A stretch of 64,000 nt of DNA from Eledone cirrhosa (lineage: Eukaryota), in NCBI GenBank assembly GCA_964016885.1, contig OZ024743.1:36394001-36458000 (forward strand), read 5' to 3'. The first letter of the stretch is position 1. Each line of letters opens with the position of its first letter. Under the pieces are notes generated by a model. It saw only the letters and a list, made by a program, of their open reading frames with translations, ran no database searches and was not told where the DNA came from. Shown here in pieces: positions 1 to 15,100 of the stretch. The position numbers and the translations under genes were made by a program.

Positions 1-429
1 CCTCTACAGTCTTTGTTAATGTTCCTCTACAGTCTTTGTTAATGTTCCTCTACAGTCTTTGTTAATGTTCCTCTACAGTCTTTGTTAATGTTCCTCTACA
101 GTCCTTGTTAATGTTCCTCAACAGTCTTTGTTAATGTTCCTCTACAGTCCTTGTTAATGTTCCTCAACAGTCTTTGTTAATGTTCCTCTACAGTCCTTGT
201 TAATGTTCCTCAACAGTCTTTGTTAATGTTCCTCTACAGTCCTTGTTAATGTTCCTCTACAGTCTTTGTTAATGTTCCTCTGCAGTCTTTGTTAATGTTC
301 CTCTACAGTCCTTGTTAATGTTCCTCTATAGTCTTTGTTAATGTTCCTCTACAGTCCCTGTTAATGTTCCTCTACAGTCCTTGTTAATTTCCTCTACAGT
401 CTTTGTTAATGTTCCTCTACAGTCTTTGT

Positions 430-3400
430 AAATGTTCCTCTACAGTTTTTTAATGTTCCTCTACAGTCTTTGTTAATGTTCCTCTACAGTCTTTGTTAAT
501 GTTCCTCTACAGTCTTTGTTAATGTTCCTCTACAGTCTTTGTTAATGTTCCTCTACAATCTTTGTTAATGTTCCTCTACAGTCTTTGTTAATCCTCCTCT
601 ACAGTCTTTGTTAAGGTTCCTCTACAGTCTTTGTAAATGTTCCTCTATAGTTTTTTAATGTTCCTCTACAGTCTTTGTTAATGTTCCTCTACAGTCTTTG
701 TAAATGTTCCTCTACAGTTTTTTAATGTTCCTCTACAGTCTTTGTTAATGTTCCTCTACAGTCTTTGTTAATGTTCCGCTACAGTCTTTGTTAATGTTCC
801 TCTACAGTCTTTGTTAATGTTCCTCTACAGTCTTTGTTAATGTTCCTCTACAGTCTTTGTTAATGTTCCTCTACAATCTTTGTTACGTTCCTCTACAGTC
901 TTTGTTAATGTTCCTCTACAGTCTTTGTTAATGTTCCTCTACAATCTTTGTTAATGTTCCTCTACAGTCTTTGTTTATGTTTCTCTACAGTCTTTGTTAA
1001 TGGTCCTCTACAGTCTTTGTTAATGTTCCTCTACAATCTTTGTTAATGTTCCTCTACACTCTTTGTTAATGTTCCTCTACAATCTTTGTTAATCTTCCTC
1101 TACAGTCTTTGTTAATGTTCCCCTACAGTCTTTGTTAATGTTCCTCTACAGTCTTTGTTAATGTTCCTCTACAGTCTTTGTTAATGTTCCTCTACACTCT
1201 TTGTTAATGTTCCTCTACAGTCGTTGTTAATGTTCCTCTACAGTCTTTGTTAATGTTCCTCTACAGTCCTTGTTAATGTTCCTCTACAGTCTTTGTTAAT
1301 GGTCCTCTACAGTCTTTGTTAATGTTCCTCTACATTCCTTGTTAATGTTTCTCTGCAGTCTTTGTTAATGTTCCTCTGCAGTCTTTGTTAATGTTCCTCT
1401 ACAGTCTTTGTTAATGTTCCTCTACAGTCTTTGTTAATGTTCCACTATGGTCTTTGTTATTGTTCCTCTCCAGTCTTTGTTAATGTTCCTCAACAGTCTT
1501 TGTTAATGTTCCTCTCCAGTCTTTGTTAATGTTCCTCTACAGTCTTTGTTAATGTTCCGCTAAAGTCCTTGTTAATGTTCCTCTACAGTCTTTGTTAATG
1601 TTCCTCTACAGTCTTTGTTAATGTTCCTCTACAGTCTTTGTTAATGTTCCTCTACAGTCTTTGTTAATGTTCCTCTACAGTCTTTGTTAATGTTCCTCTA
1701 CAGTCTTTGTTAATGTTCCTCTACAGTCCTTGTTAATGTTCCTCAACAGTCTTTGTTAATGTTCCTCTACAGTCCTTGTTAATGTTCCTCAACAGTCTTT
1801 GTTAATGTTCCTCTACAGTCCTTGTTAATGTTCCTCAACAGTCTTTGTTAATGTTCCTCTACAGTCCTTGTTAATGTTCCTCTACAGTTTTTTAATGTTC
1901 CTCTACAGTCTTTGTTAATGTTCCTCTACAGTCTTTGTTAATTTTCCTCTACAGTCTTTGTTAATGTTCCTCTACAGTCTTTGTTAATGTTCCTCTACAG
2001 TCTTTGTTAATGTTCCTCTACAGTCTTTGTTAATCTTCCTCTACAGTCTTTGTTAATCTCCCTCTACAGTCTTTGTTAATGTTCCTCTACAGTCTTTGTT
2101 AATGTTCCTCTACAGTCTTTGTTAATGTTCCTCTACAGTCTTTGTTAATGTTCCTCTACAATCTTTGTTATGTTCCTCTACAGTCTTTGTTAATGTTCCT
2201 CTACAATCTTTGTTAATGTTCCTCTACAGTCTTTGTTTATGTTTCTCTACAGTCTTTGTTAATGGTCCTCTACAGTCTTTGTTAATGTTCCTCTACAATC
2301 TTTGTTAATGTTCCTCTACACTCTTTGTTAATGTTCCTCTACAATCTTTGTTAATCTCCCTCTACAGTCTTTGTTAATGTTCCTCTACAGTCTTTGTTAA
2401 TGTTCCTCTACAGTCTTTGTTAATGTTCCCCTACAGTCTTTGTTATTGTTCCTCTACAGTCTTTGTTAATGTTCTTCTACAGTCTTTGTTAATGTTCCTC
2501 TACACTCTTTGTTAATGTTCCTCTACAGTCGTTGTTAATGTTCCTCTACAGTCTTTGTTAATGTTCCTCTACAGTCCTTGTTAATGTTCCTCTACAGTCT
2601 TTGTTAATGGTCCTCTACAGTCTTTGTTAATGTTCCTCTATAGTCTTTGTTAATGTTCCTCTACAGTCCTTGTTAATGTTCCTCTACAGTCTTTGTTAAT
2701 GGTCCTCTACAGTCTTTGTTAATGTTCCTCTACAATCTTTGTTAATGTTCCTCTACAGTCCTTGTTAATGTTCCTCTACAGTCTTTGTTAACGTTCCTCT
2801 GCAGTCTTTGTTAATGTTCCTCTACAGTCTTTGTTAATGTTCCTCTACAGTCTTTGTTAATGTTCCTCTACAGTCTTTGTTAATGTTCCTCTACGGTCAT
2901 TGTTAATGTTCCTCTGCAGTCTTTGTTAATGTTCCTCTACAGTCCTTGTTAATGTTCCTCTACAGTCTTTGTTAATGTTCCTCTACATTCCTTGTTAATG
3001 TTCCTCTGCAGTCTTTGTTAATGTTCCTCTGCAGTCTTTGTTAATGTTCCTCTACAGTCTTTGTTAATGTTCCTCTACAGTCTTTGTTAATGTTCCACTA
3101 CGGTCTTTGTTATTGTTCCTCTCCAGTCTTTGTTAATGTTCCTCAACAGTCTTTGTTAATGTTCCTCTCCAGTCTTTGTTAATGTTCCTCTACAGTCTTT
3201 GTTAATGTTCCGCTACAGTCCTTGTTAATGTTCCTCTACAGTCTTTGTTAATGTTCCTCTACAGTCTTTGTTAATGTTCCTCTACAGTCTTTGTTAATGT
3301 TCCTCTACAGTCTTTGTTAATGTTCCTCTACAGTCTTTGTTAATGTTCCTCTACAGTCCTTGTTAATGTTCCTCAACAGTCTTTGTTAATGTTCCTCTAC

Positions 3401-6400
3401 AGTCCTTGTTAATGTTCCTCAACAGTCTTTGTTAATGTTCCTCTACAGTCCTTGTTAATGTTCCTCAACAGTCTTTGTTAATGTTCCTCTACAGTCCTTG
3501 TTAATGTTCCTCTACAGTCTTTGTTAATGTTCCTCTGCAGTCTTTGTTAATGTTCCTCTACAGTCCTTGTTAATGTTCCTCTATAGTCTTTGTTAATGTT
3601 CCTCTACAGTCCCTGTTAATGTTCCTCTACAGTCCTTGTTAATTTCCTCTACAGTCTTTGTTAATGTTCCTCTACAGTCTTTGTTTATGTTCCTCAACAG
3701 TCTTTGTTAATGTTCCTCTACAGTCCTTGTTAATGTTCCTCTACAGTCTTTGTTAATGTTCCTCAAAGTCTTTGTTAATGTTCCTCTCCAGTCTTTGTTA
3801 ATGTTCCTCTACAGTCTTTGTTAATGTTCCGCTACAGTCCTTGTTAATGTTCCTCTACAGTCTTTGTTAATGTTCCTCTACAGTCTTTGTTAATGTTCCT
3901 CTACAGTCTTTGTTAATGTTCCTCTACAGTCTTTGTTAATGTTCCTCTACAGTCCTTGTTAATGTTCCTCAACAGTCTTTGTTAATGTTCCCCTACAGTC
4001 CTTGTTAATGTTCCTCAACAGTCTTTGTTAATCTTCCTCTACAGTCCTTGTTAATGTTCCTCAACAGTCTTTGTTAATGTTCCTCTACAGTCCTTGTTAA
4101 TGTTCCTCTACAGTCTTTGTTAATGTTCCTCTGCAGTCTTTGTTAATGTTCCTCTACAGTCCTTGTTAATGTTCCTCTATAGTCTTTGTTAATGTTCCTC
4201 TACAGTCTCTGTTAATGTTCCTCTACAGTCCTTGTTAATTTCCTCTACAGTCTTTGTTAATGTTCCTCTACAGTCTTTGTTTATGTTCCTCTACAGTCTT
4301 TGTTAATGTTCCGCTACAGTCCTTGTTAATGTTCCTCTACAGTCTTTGTTAATGTTCCTCTGCAGTCTTTGTTAATGTTCCTCTACAGTCCTTGTTAATG
4401 TTCCTCTACAGTCTTTGTTAATGGTCCTCTACAGTCTTTGTTAATGTTCCTCTAGTCTTTGTTAATGTTCCTCTACAGTCTTTGTTAATCTTCCTCTACA
4501 GTCTTTGTTAATGTTCCTCTACAGTCCTTGTTAATGTTCCTCAACCGTCTTTGTTAATGTTCCTCTACAGTCCTTGTTAATGTTCCTCAACAGTCTTTGT
4601 TAATGTTCCACTACAGTCCTTGTTAATTTCCTCTACAGTCTTTGTTAATGTTCCTCTACAGTCTTTGTTAATGTTCCTCTACAGTCTTTGTTAATGTTCC
4701 GCTACAGTCCTTGTTAATGTTCCTCTACAGTCTTTGATAATGGTCCTCTACAGTCTGTGTTAATGTTCCTCTACAGTCTTTGTTAATGTTCCTCTGCAGT
4801 CTTTGTTAATGTTCCTCTACAGTCCTTGTTAATGTTCCTCTACAGTCCTTGTTAATGTTCCTCTACAGTCTTTGTTATTGTTCCTCTACAGTCTTTGTTA
4901 ATGTTCTTCTACTGTCTTTGTAAATGTTCCTCTACAGTTTTTTAATGTTCCTCTACAGTCTTTGTTAATGTTCCTCTACAGTCTTTGTTAATGTTCCTCT
5001 ACAGTCTTTGTTAATGTTCCTCTACAGTCTTTGTTAATGTTCCTCTACAATCTTTGTTAATGTTCCTCTACAGTCCTTGTTAATCCTCCTCTACAGTCTT
5101 TGTTAATGTTCCTCTACAGTCTTTGTAAATGTTCCTCTACAGTTTTTTAATGTTCCTCTACAGTCTTTGTTAATGTTCCTCTACAGTCTTTGTTAATGTT
5201 CCTCTACAGTCTTTGTTAATGTTCCTCTACAGTCTTTGTTAATGTTCCTCTACAATCTTTGTTAATGTTCCTCTACAGTCTTTGTTAATCCTCCTCTACA
5301 GTCTTTGTTAAGGTTCCTCTACAGTCTTTGTAAATGTTCCTCTATAGTTTTTTAATGTTCCTCTACAGTCTTTGTTAATGTTCCTCTACAGTCTTTGTAA
5401 ATGTTCCTCTACAGTTTTTTAATGTTCCTCTACAGTCTTTGTTAATGTTCCTCTACAGTCTTTGTTAATGTTCCGCTACAGTCTTTGTTAATGTTCCTCT
5501 ACAGTCTTTGTTAATGTTCCTCTACAGTCTTTGTTAATGTTCCTCTACAGTCTTTGTTAATGTTCCTCTACAATCTTTGTTACGTTCCTCTACAGTCTTT
5601 GTTAATGTTCCTCTACAGTCTTTGTTAATGTTCCTCTACAATCTTTGTTAATGTTCCTCTACAGTCTTTGTTTATGTTTCTCTACAGTCTTTGTTAATGG
5701 TCCTCTACAGTCTTTGTTAATGTTCCTCTACAATCTTTGTTAATGTTCCTCTACACTCTTTGTTAATGTTCCTCTACAATCTTTGTTAATCTTCCTCTAC
5801 AGTCTTTGTTAATGTTCCCCTACAGTCTTTGTTAATGTTCCTCTACAGTCTTTGTTAATGTTCCTTTACAGTCTTTGTTAATGTTCCTCTACACTCTTTG
5901 TTAATGTTCCTCTACAGTCGTTGTTAATGTTCCTCTACAGTCTTTGTTAATGTTCCTCTACAGTCCTTGTTAATGTTCCTCTACAGTCTTTGTTAATGGT
6001 CCTCTACAGTCTTTGTTAATGTTCCTCTACATTCCTTGTTAATGTTTCTCTGCAGTCTTTGTTAATGTTCCTCTGCAGTCTTTGTTAATGTTCCTCTACA
6101 GTCTTTGTTAATGTTCCTCTACAGTCTTTGTTAATGTTCCACTATGGTCTTTGTTATTGTTCCTCTCCAGTCTTTGTTAATGTTCCTCAACAGTCTTTGT
6201 TAATGTTCCTCTCCAGTCTTTGTTAATGTTCCTCTACAGTCTTTGTTAATGTTCCGCTAAAGTCCTTGTTAATGTTCCTCTACAGTCTTTGTTAATGTTC
6301 CTCTACAGTCTTTGTTAATGTTCCTCTACAGTCTTTGTTAATGTTCCTCTACAGTCTTTGTTAATGTTCCTCTACAGTCTTTGTTAATGTTCCTCTACAG

Positions 6401-9100
6401 TCTTTGTTAATGTTCCTCTACAGTCCTTGTTAATGTTCCTCAACAGTCTTTGTTAATGTTCCTCTACAGTCCTTGTTAATGTTCCTCAACAGTCTTTGTT
6501 AATGTTCCTCTACAGTCCTTGTTAATGTTCCTCAACAGTCTTTGTTAATGTTCCTCTACAGTCCTTGTTAATGTTCCTCTACAGTTTTTTAATGTTCCTC
6601 TACAGTCTTTGTTAATGTTCCTCTACAGTCTTTGTTAATTTTCCTCTACAGTCTTTGTTAATGTTCCTCTACAGTCTTTGTTAATGTTCCTCTACAGTCT
6701 TTGTTAATGTTCCTCTACAGTCTTTGTTAATCTTCCTCTACAGTCTTTGTTAATCTCCCTCTACAGTCTTTGTTAATGTTCCTCTACAGTCTTTGTTAAT
6801 GTTCCTCTACAGTCTTTGTTAATGTTCCTCTACAGTCTTTGTTAATGTTCCTCTACAATCTTTGTTATGTTCCTCTACAGTCTTTGTTAATGTTCCTCTA
6901 CAATCTTTGTTAATGTTCCTCTACAGTCTTTGTTTATGTTTCTCTACAGTCTTTGTTAATGGTCCTCTACAGTCTTTGTTAATGTTCCTCTACAATCTTT
7001 GTTAATGTTCCTCTACACTCTTTGTTAATGTTCCTCTACAATCTTTGTTAATCTCCCTCTACAGTCTTTGTTAATGTTCCTCTACAGTCTTTGTTAATGT
7101 TCCTCTACAGTCTTTGTTAATGTTCCCCTACAGTCTTTGTTATTGTTCCTCTACAGTCTTTGTTAATGTTCTTCTACAGTCTTTGTTAATGTTCCTCTAC
7201 ACTCTTTGTTAATGTTCCTCTACAGTCGTTGTTAATGTTCCTCTACAGTCTTTGTTAATGTTCCTCTACAGTCCTTGTTAATGTTCCTCTACAGTCTTTG
7301 TTAATGGTCCTCTACAGTCTTTGTTAATGTTCCTCTATAGTCTTTGTTAATGTTTCTCTACAGTCCTTGTTAATGTTCCTCTACAGTCTTTGTTAACGTT
7401 CCTCTGCAGTCTTTGTTAATGTTCCTCTACAGTCTTTGTTAATGTTCCTCTACAGTCTTTGTTAATGTTCCTCTACAGTCTTTGTTAATGTTCCTCTACG
7501 GTCATTGTTAATGTTCCTCTGCAGTCTTTGTTAATGTTCCTCTACAGTCCTTGTTAATGTTCCTCTACAGTCTTTGTTAATGTTCCTCTACATTCCTTGT
7601 TAATGTTCCTCTGCAGTCTTTGTTAATGTTCCTCTGCAGTCTTTGTTAATGTTCCTCTACAGTCTTTGTTAATGTTCCTCTACAGTCTTTGTTAATGTTC
7701 CACTACGGTCTTTGTTATTGTTCCTCTCCAGTCTTTGTTAATGTTCCTCAACAGTCTTTGTTAATGTTCCTCTCCAGTCTTTGTTAATGTTCCTCTACAG
7801 TCTTTGTTAATGTTCCGCTACAGTCCTTGTTAATGTTCCTCTACAGTCTTTGTTAATGTTCCTCTACAGTCTTTGTTAATGTTCCTCTACAGTCTTTGTT
7901 AATGTTCCTCTACAGTCTTTGTTAATGTTCCTCTACAGTCTTTGTTAATGTTCCTCTACAGTCCTTGTTAATGTTCCTCAACAGTCTTTGTTAATGTTCC
8001 TCTACAGTCCTTGTTAATGTTCCTCAACAGTCTTTGTTAATGTTCCTCTACAGTCCTTGTTAATGTTCCTCAACAGTCTTTGTTAATGTTCCTCTACAGT
8101 CCTTGTTAATGTTCCTCTACAGTCTTTGTTAATGTTCCTCTGCAGTCTTTGTTAATGTTCCTCTACAGTCCTTGTTAATGTTCCTCTATAGTCTTTGTTA
8201 ATGTTCCTCTACAGTCCCTGTTAATGTTCCTCTACAGTCCTTGTTAATTTCCTCTACAGTCTTTGTTAATGTTCCTCTACAGTCTTTGTTTATGTTCCTC
8301 AACAGTCTTTGTTAATGTTCCTCTACAGTCCTTGTTAATGTTCCTCTACAGTCTTTGTTAATGTTCCTCAACAGTCTTTGTTAATGTTCCTCTCCAGTCT
8401 TTGTGAATGTTCCTCTACAGTCTTTGTTAATGTTCCGCTACAGTCCTTGTTAATGTTCCTCTACAGTCTTTGTTAATGTTCCTCTACAGTCTTTGTTAAT
8501 GTTCCTCTACAGTCTTTGTTAATGTTCCTCTACAGTCTTTGTTAATGTTCCTCTACAGTCCTTGTTAATGTTCCTCAACAGTCTTTGTTAATGTTCCCCT
8601 ACAGTCCTTGTTAATGTTCCTCAACAGTCTTTGTTAATCTTCCTCTACAGTCCTTGTTAATGTTCCTCAACAGTCTTTGTTAATGTTCCTCTACAGTCCT
8701 TGTTAATGTTCCTCTACAGTCTTTGTTAATGTTCCTCTGCAGTCTTTGTTAATGTTCCTCTACAGTCCTTGTTAATGTTCCTCTATAGTCTTTGTTAATG
8801 TTCCTCTACAGTCTCTGTTAATGTTCCTCTACAGTCCTTGTTAATTTCCTCTACAGTCTTTGTTAATGTTCCTCTACAGTCTTTGTTTATGTTCCTCTAC
8901 AGTCTTTGTTAATGTTCCGCTACAGTCCTTGTTAATGTTCCTCTACAGTCTTTGTTAATGTTCCTCTGCAGTCTTTGTTAATGTTCCTCTACAATCCTTG
9001 TTAATGTTCCTCTACAGTCTTTGTTAATGGTCCTCTACAGTCTTTGTTAATGTTCCTCTAGTCTTTGTTAATGTTCCTCTACAGTCTTTGTTAATCTTCC
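430..9100 (+). repeat. ~4.7-kb higher-order duplication within the satellite (also present in copy B)
   Basis: TTAAGG 611/5308 and TAAAG 1561/6258 (offset 4,697); the same offset holds at 25796/30493. CTCTAG deletion variant 4453/9059 has offset 4,606, after loss of about four monomers. Confidence 0.8.
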
Positions 9101-12100
9101 TCTACAGTCTTTGTTAATCTTCCTCTACAGTCTTTGTTAATGTTCCTCTACAGTCTTTGTAAATGTTCCTCTACAGTTTTTTAATGTTCCTCTACAGTCT
9201 TTGTTAATGTTCCTCTACAGTCTTTGTAAATGTTCCTCTGCAGTTTTTTAATGTTCCTCTACAGTCTTTGTTAATGTTCCTCTACAGTCTTTGTTAATGT
9301 TTCTCTACAGTCTTTGTTAATGTTCCTCTACAGTCTTTGTTAATGTTCCTCCACAGTCTTTGTTAATGTTCCTCTACAGTCTTTGTTAATGTTCCTCTAC
9401 AGTCTTTGTTAATCTTCCTCTACAGTCTTTGTTAATGTTCCTCTACAGTCTTCGTTAATGTTCCTCTACAGTCCTTGTTAATGTTCCTCTACAGTCTTTG
9501 TTAATGTTCCTCTACAGTCTTTGTTAATGTTCCTCTACAATCTTTGTTATGTTCCTCTACAGTCTTTGTTAATGTTCCTCCACAGTCTTTGATAATGTTC
9601 CTCTACAGTCTTTGTTAATGTTCCTCTACAGTCTTTGTTAATCTTCCTCTACAGTCTTTGTTAATGTTCCTCTACAGTCTTTGTTAATGTTCCCCTACAG
9701 TCTTTGTTAATGTTCCTCTACAGTCTTTGTTAATGTTCCTCTACAGTCTTTGTTAATGTTCCTCTACACACTTTGTTAATGTTCCTCTACAGTCTTTGTT
9801 AATGGTCCTCTACAGTCTTTGTTAATGTTCCTCTACAGTCTTTGTTAATGTTCCTCTACAGTCGTTGTTAATGTTCCTGTACAGTCTTTGTTAATGTTCC
9901 TCTACAGTCCTTGTTAATGTTCCTCTACAGTCTTTGTTAATGGTCCTCTAAAGTCTTTGTTAATGTTCCTCTACAGTCTTTGTTAATGTTCCTCTACAGT
10001 CCTTGTTAATGTTCCTCTACAGTCTTTGTTAATGGTCCTCTACAGTCTTTGTTAATGTTCCTCTACAATCTTTGTTAATGTTCCTCTACAGTCCTTGTTA
10101 ATGTTCCTCTACAGTCTTTGTTAATGTTCCTCTGCAGTCTTTGTTAATGTTCCTCTACAGTCTTTGTTAATGTTCCTCTACAGTCTTTGTTAATGTTCCT
10201 CTACAGTCTTTGTTAATGTTCCTCTACGGTCTTTGTTAATGTTCCTCTGCAGTCTTTGTTAATGTTCCTCTACAGTCCTTGTTAATGTTCCTCTACAGTC
10301 TTTGTTAATGTTCCTCTACATTCCTTGTTAATGTTCCTCTGCAGTCTTTGTTAATGTTCCTCTGCAGTCTTTGTTAATGTTCCTCTACAGTCTTTGTTAA
10401 TGTTCCTCTACAGTCTTTGTTAATGTTCCACTACGGTCTTTGTTATTGTTCCTCTCCAGTCTTTGTTAATGTTCCTCTACAGTCTTTGTTAATGTTCCTC
10501 TCCAGTCTTTGTTAATGTTCCTCTACAGTCTTTGTTAATGTTCCTCTACAGTCTTTGTTAATGTTCCTCTACAGTCCTTGTTAATGTTCCTCTACAGTCT
10601 TTGTTAATGTTCCTCTACAGTCTTTGTTAATGTTCCTCTACGGTCTTTGTTAATGTTCCGCTACAGTCCTTGTTAATGTTCCTCTACAGTCTTTGTTAAT
10701 GTTCCTCTGCAGTCTTTGTTAATGTTCCTCTACAGTCTTTGTTAATGTTCCTCTACAGTCTTTGTTAATGTTCCTCTACAGTCCTTGTTAATGTTCCTCT
10801 ACAGTCTTTGTTAATGTTCCTCTACAGTCCTTGTTAATGTTCCTCAACAGTCTTTGTTAATGTTCCTCTACAGTCCTTGTTAATGTTCCTCAACAGTCTG
10901 TGTTAATGTTCCTCTACAGTCCTTGTTAATGTTCCTCTACAGTCTTTGTTAATGTTCCTCTGCAGTCTTTGTTAATGTCCCTCTACAGTCCTTGTTAATG
11001 TTCCTCTACAGTCTTTGTTAATGTTTCTCTACAGTCCTTGTTAATGTTCCTCTACAGTCCTTGTTAATTTCCTCTACAGTCTTTGTAAATGTTCCTCTAC
11101 AGTCTTTGTTAATGTTCCTCTACAGTCTTTGTTAATGTTCCGCTACAGTCCTTGTTAATGTTCCTCTACAGTCTTTGTTAATGGTCCTCTACAGTCTTTG
11201 TTAATGTTCCTCTACAGTCTTTGTTAATGTTCCTCTACAGTCTTTGTTAATGTTCCTCTACAGTCTTTGTTAATCTTCCTCTACAGTCTTTGTTAATGTT
11301 CCTCTACAGTCTTTGTAAATGTTCCTCTACAGTTTTTTAATGTTCCTCTACAGTCTTTGTTAATGTTCCTCTACAGTCTTTGTAAATGTTCCTCTACAGT
11401 GTTTTAATGTTCCTCTACAGTCTTTGTTAATGTTCCTCTACAGTCTTTGTTAATGTTCCTCTACAGTCTTTGTTAATCTTCCTCTACAGTCTTTGCTAAT
11501 GTTCCTCTACAGTCTTTGTTAATGTTCCTCTCCAGTCTTTGTTAATGTTCCTCTACAGTCTTTGTTAATGTTCCACTATGGTCTTTGTTATTGTTCCTCT
11601 CCAGTCTTTGTTAATGTTCCTCAACAGTCTTTGTTAATGTTCCTCTCCAGTCTTTGTTAATGTTCCTCTACAGTCTTTGTTAATGTTCCGCTAAAGTCCT
11701 TGTTAATGTTCCTCTACAGTCTTTGTTAATGTTCCTCTACAGTCTTTGTTAATGTTCCTCTACAGTCTTTGTTAATGTTCCTCTACAGTCTTTGTTAATG
11801 TTCCTCTACAGTCTTTGTTAATGTTCCTCTACAGTCTTTGTTAATGTTCCTCTACAGTCCTTGTTAATGTTCCTCAACAGTCTTTGTTAATGTTCCTCTA
11901 CAGTCCTTGTTAATGTTCCTCAACAGTCTTTGTTAATGTTCCTCTACAGTCCTTGTTAATGTTCCTCAACAGTCTTTGTTAATGTTCCTCTACAGTCCTT
12001 GTTAATGTTCCTCTACAGTTTTTTAATGTTCCTCTACAGTCTTTGTTAATGTTCCTCTACAGTCTTTGTTAATTTTCCTCTACAGTCTTTGTTAATGTTC

Positions 12101-15100
12101 CTCTACAGTCTTTGTTAATGTTCCTCTACAGTCTTTGTTAATGTTCCTCTACAGTCTTTGTTAATCTTCCTCTACAGTCTTTGTTAATCTCCCTCTACAG
12201 TCTTTGTTAATGTTCCTCTACAGTCTTTGTTAATGTTCCTCTACAGTCTTTGTTAATGTTCCTCTACAGTCTTTGTTAATGTTCCTCTACAATCTTTGTT
12301 ATGTTCCTCTACAGTCTTTGTTAATGTTCCTCTACAATCTTTGTTAATGTTCCTCTACAGTCTTTGTTTATGTTTCTCTACAGTCTTTGTTAATGGTCCT
12401 CTACAGTCTTTGTTAATGTTCCTCTACAATCTTTGTTAATGTTCCTCTACACTCTTTGTTAATGTTCCTCTACAATCTTTGTTAATCTCCCTCTACAGTC
12501 TTTGTTAATGTTCCTCTACAGTCTTTGTTAATGTTCCTCTACAGTCTTTGTTAATGTTCCCCTACAGTCTTTGTTATTGTTCCTCTACAGTCTTTGTTAA
12601 TGTTCTTCTACAGTCTTTGTTAATGTTCCTCTACACTCTTTGTTAATGTTCCTCTACAGTCGTTGTTAATGTTCCTCTACAGTCTTTGTTAATGTTCCTC
12701 TACAGTCCTTGTTAATGTTCCTCTACAGTCTTTGTTAATGGTCCTCTACAGTCTTTGTTAATGTTCCTCTATAGTCTTTGTTAATGTTTCTCTACAGTCC
12801 TTGTTAATGTTCCTCTACAGTCTTTGTTAACGTTCCTCTGCAGTCTTTGTTAATGTTCCTCTACAGTCTTTGTTAATGTTCCTCTACAGTCTTTGTTAAT
12901 GTTCCTCTACAGTCTTTGTTAATGTTCCTCTACGGTCATTGTTAATGTTCCTCTGCAGTCTTTGTTAATGTTCCTCTACAGTCCTTGTTAATGTTCCTCT
13001 ACAGTCTTTGTTAATGTTCCTCTACATTCCTTGTTAATGTTCCTCTGCAGTCTTTGTTAATGTTCCTCTGCAGTCTTTGTTAATGTTCCTCTACAGTCTT
13101 TGTTAATGTTCCTCTACAGTCTTTGTTAATGTTCCACTACGGTCTTTGTTATTGTTCCTCTCCAGTCTTTGTTAATGTTCCTCAACAGTCTTTGTTAATG
13201 TTCCTCTCCAGTCTTTGTTAATGTTCCTCTACAGTCTTTGTTAATGTTCCGCTACAGTCCTTGTTAATGTTCCTCTACAGTCTTTGTTAATGTTCCTCTA
13301 CAGTCTTTGTTAATGTTCCTCTACAGTCTTTGTTAATGTTCCTCTACAGTCTTTGTTAATGTTCCTCTACAGTCTTTGTTAATGTTCCTCTACAGTCCTT
13401 GTTAATGTTCCTCAACAGTCTTTGTTAATGTTCCTCTACAGTCCTTGTTAATGTTCCTCAACAGTCTTTGTTAATGTTCCTCTACAGTCCTTGTTAATGT
13501 TCCTCAACAGTCTTTGTTAATGTTCCTCTACAGTCCTTGTTAATGTTCCTCTACAGTCTTTGTTAATGTTCCTCTGCAGTCTTTGTTAATGTTCCTCTAC
13601 AGTCCTTGTTAATGTTCCTCTATAGTCTTTGTTAATGTTCCTCTACAGTCCCTGTTAATGTTCCTCTACAGTCCTTGTTAATTTCCTCTACAGTCTTTGT
13701 TAATGTTCCTCTACAGTCTTTGTTTATGTTCCTCAACAGTCTTTGTTAATGTTCCTCTACAGTCCTTGTTAATGTTCCTCTACAGTCTTTGTTAATGTTC
13801 CTCAACAGTCTTTGTTAATGTTCCTCTCCAGTCTTTGTGAATGTTCCTCTACAGTCTTTGTTAATGTTCCGCTACAGTCCTTGTTAATGTTCCTCTACAG
13901 TCTTTGTTAATGTTCCTCTACAGTCTTTGTTAATGTTCCTCTACAGTCTTTGTTAATGTTCCTCTACAGTCTTTGTTAATGTTCCTCTACAGTCCTTGTT
14001 AATGTTCCTCAACAGTCTTTGTTAATGTTCCCCTACAGTCCTTGTTAATGTTCCTCAACAGTCTTTGTTAATCTTCCTCTACAGTCCTTGTTAATGTTCC
14101 TCAACAGTCTTTGTTAATGTTCCTCTACAGTCCTTGTTAATGTTCCTCTACAGTCTTTGTTAATGTTCCTCTGCAGTCTTTGTTAATGTTCCTCTACAGT
14201 CCTTGTTAATGTTCCTCTATAGTCTTTGTTAATGTTCCTCTACAGTCTCTGTTAATGTTCCTCTACAGTCCTTGTTAATTTCCTCTACAGTCTTTGTTAA
14301 TGTTCCTCTACAGTCTTTGTTTATGTTCCTCTACAGTCTTTGTTAATGTTCCGCTACAGTCCTTGTTAATGTTCCTCTACAGTCTTTGTTAATGTTCCTC
14401 TGCAGTCTTTGTTAATGTTCCTCTACAATCCTTGTTAATGTTCCTCTACAGTCTTTGTTAATGGTCCTCTACAGTCTTTGTTAATGTTCCTCTAGTCTTT
14501 GTTAATGTTCCTCTACAGTCTTTGTTAATCTTCCTCTACAGTCTTTGTTAATCTTCCTCTACAGTCTTTGTTAATGTTCCTCTACAGTCTTTGTAAATGT
14601 TCCTCTACAGTTTTTTAATGTTCCTCTACAGTCTTTGTTAATGTTCCTCTACAGTCTTTGTAAATGTTCCTCTGCAGTTTTTTAATGTTCCTCTACAGTC
14701 TTTGTTAATGTTCCTCTACAGTCTTTGTTAATGTTTCTCTACAGTCTTTGTTAATGTTCCTCTACAGTCTTTGTTAATGTTCCTCCACAGTCTTTGTTAA
14801 TGTTCCTCTACAGTCTTTGTTAATGTTCCTCTACAGTCTTTGTTAATCTTCCTCTACAGTCTTTGTTAATGTTCCTCTACAGTCTTCGTTAATGTTCCTC
14901 TACAGTCCTTGTTAATGTTCCTCTACAGTCTTTGTTAATGTTCCTCTACAGTCTTTGTTAATGTTCCTCTACAATCTTTGTTATGTTCCTCTACAGTCTT
15001 TGTTAATGTTCCTCCACAGTCTTTGATAATGTTCCTCTACAGTCTTTGTTAATGTTCCTCTACAGTCTTTGTTAATCTTCCTCTACAGTCTTTGTTAATG

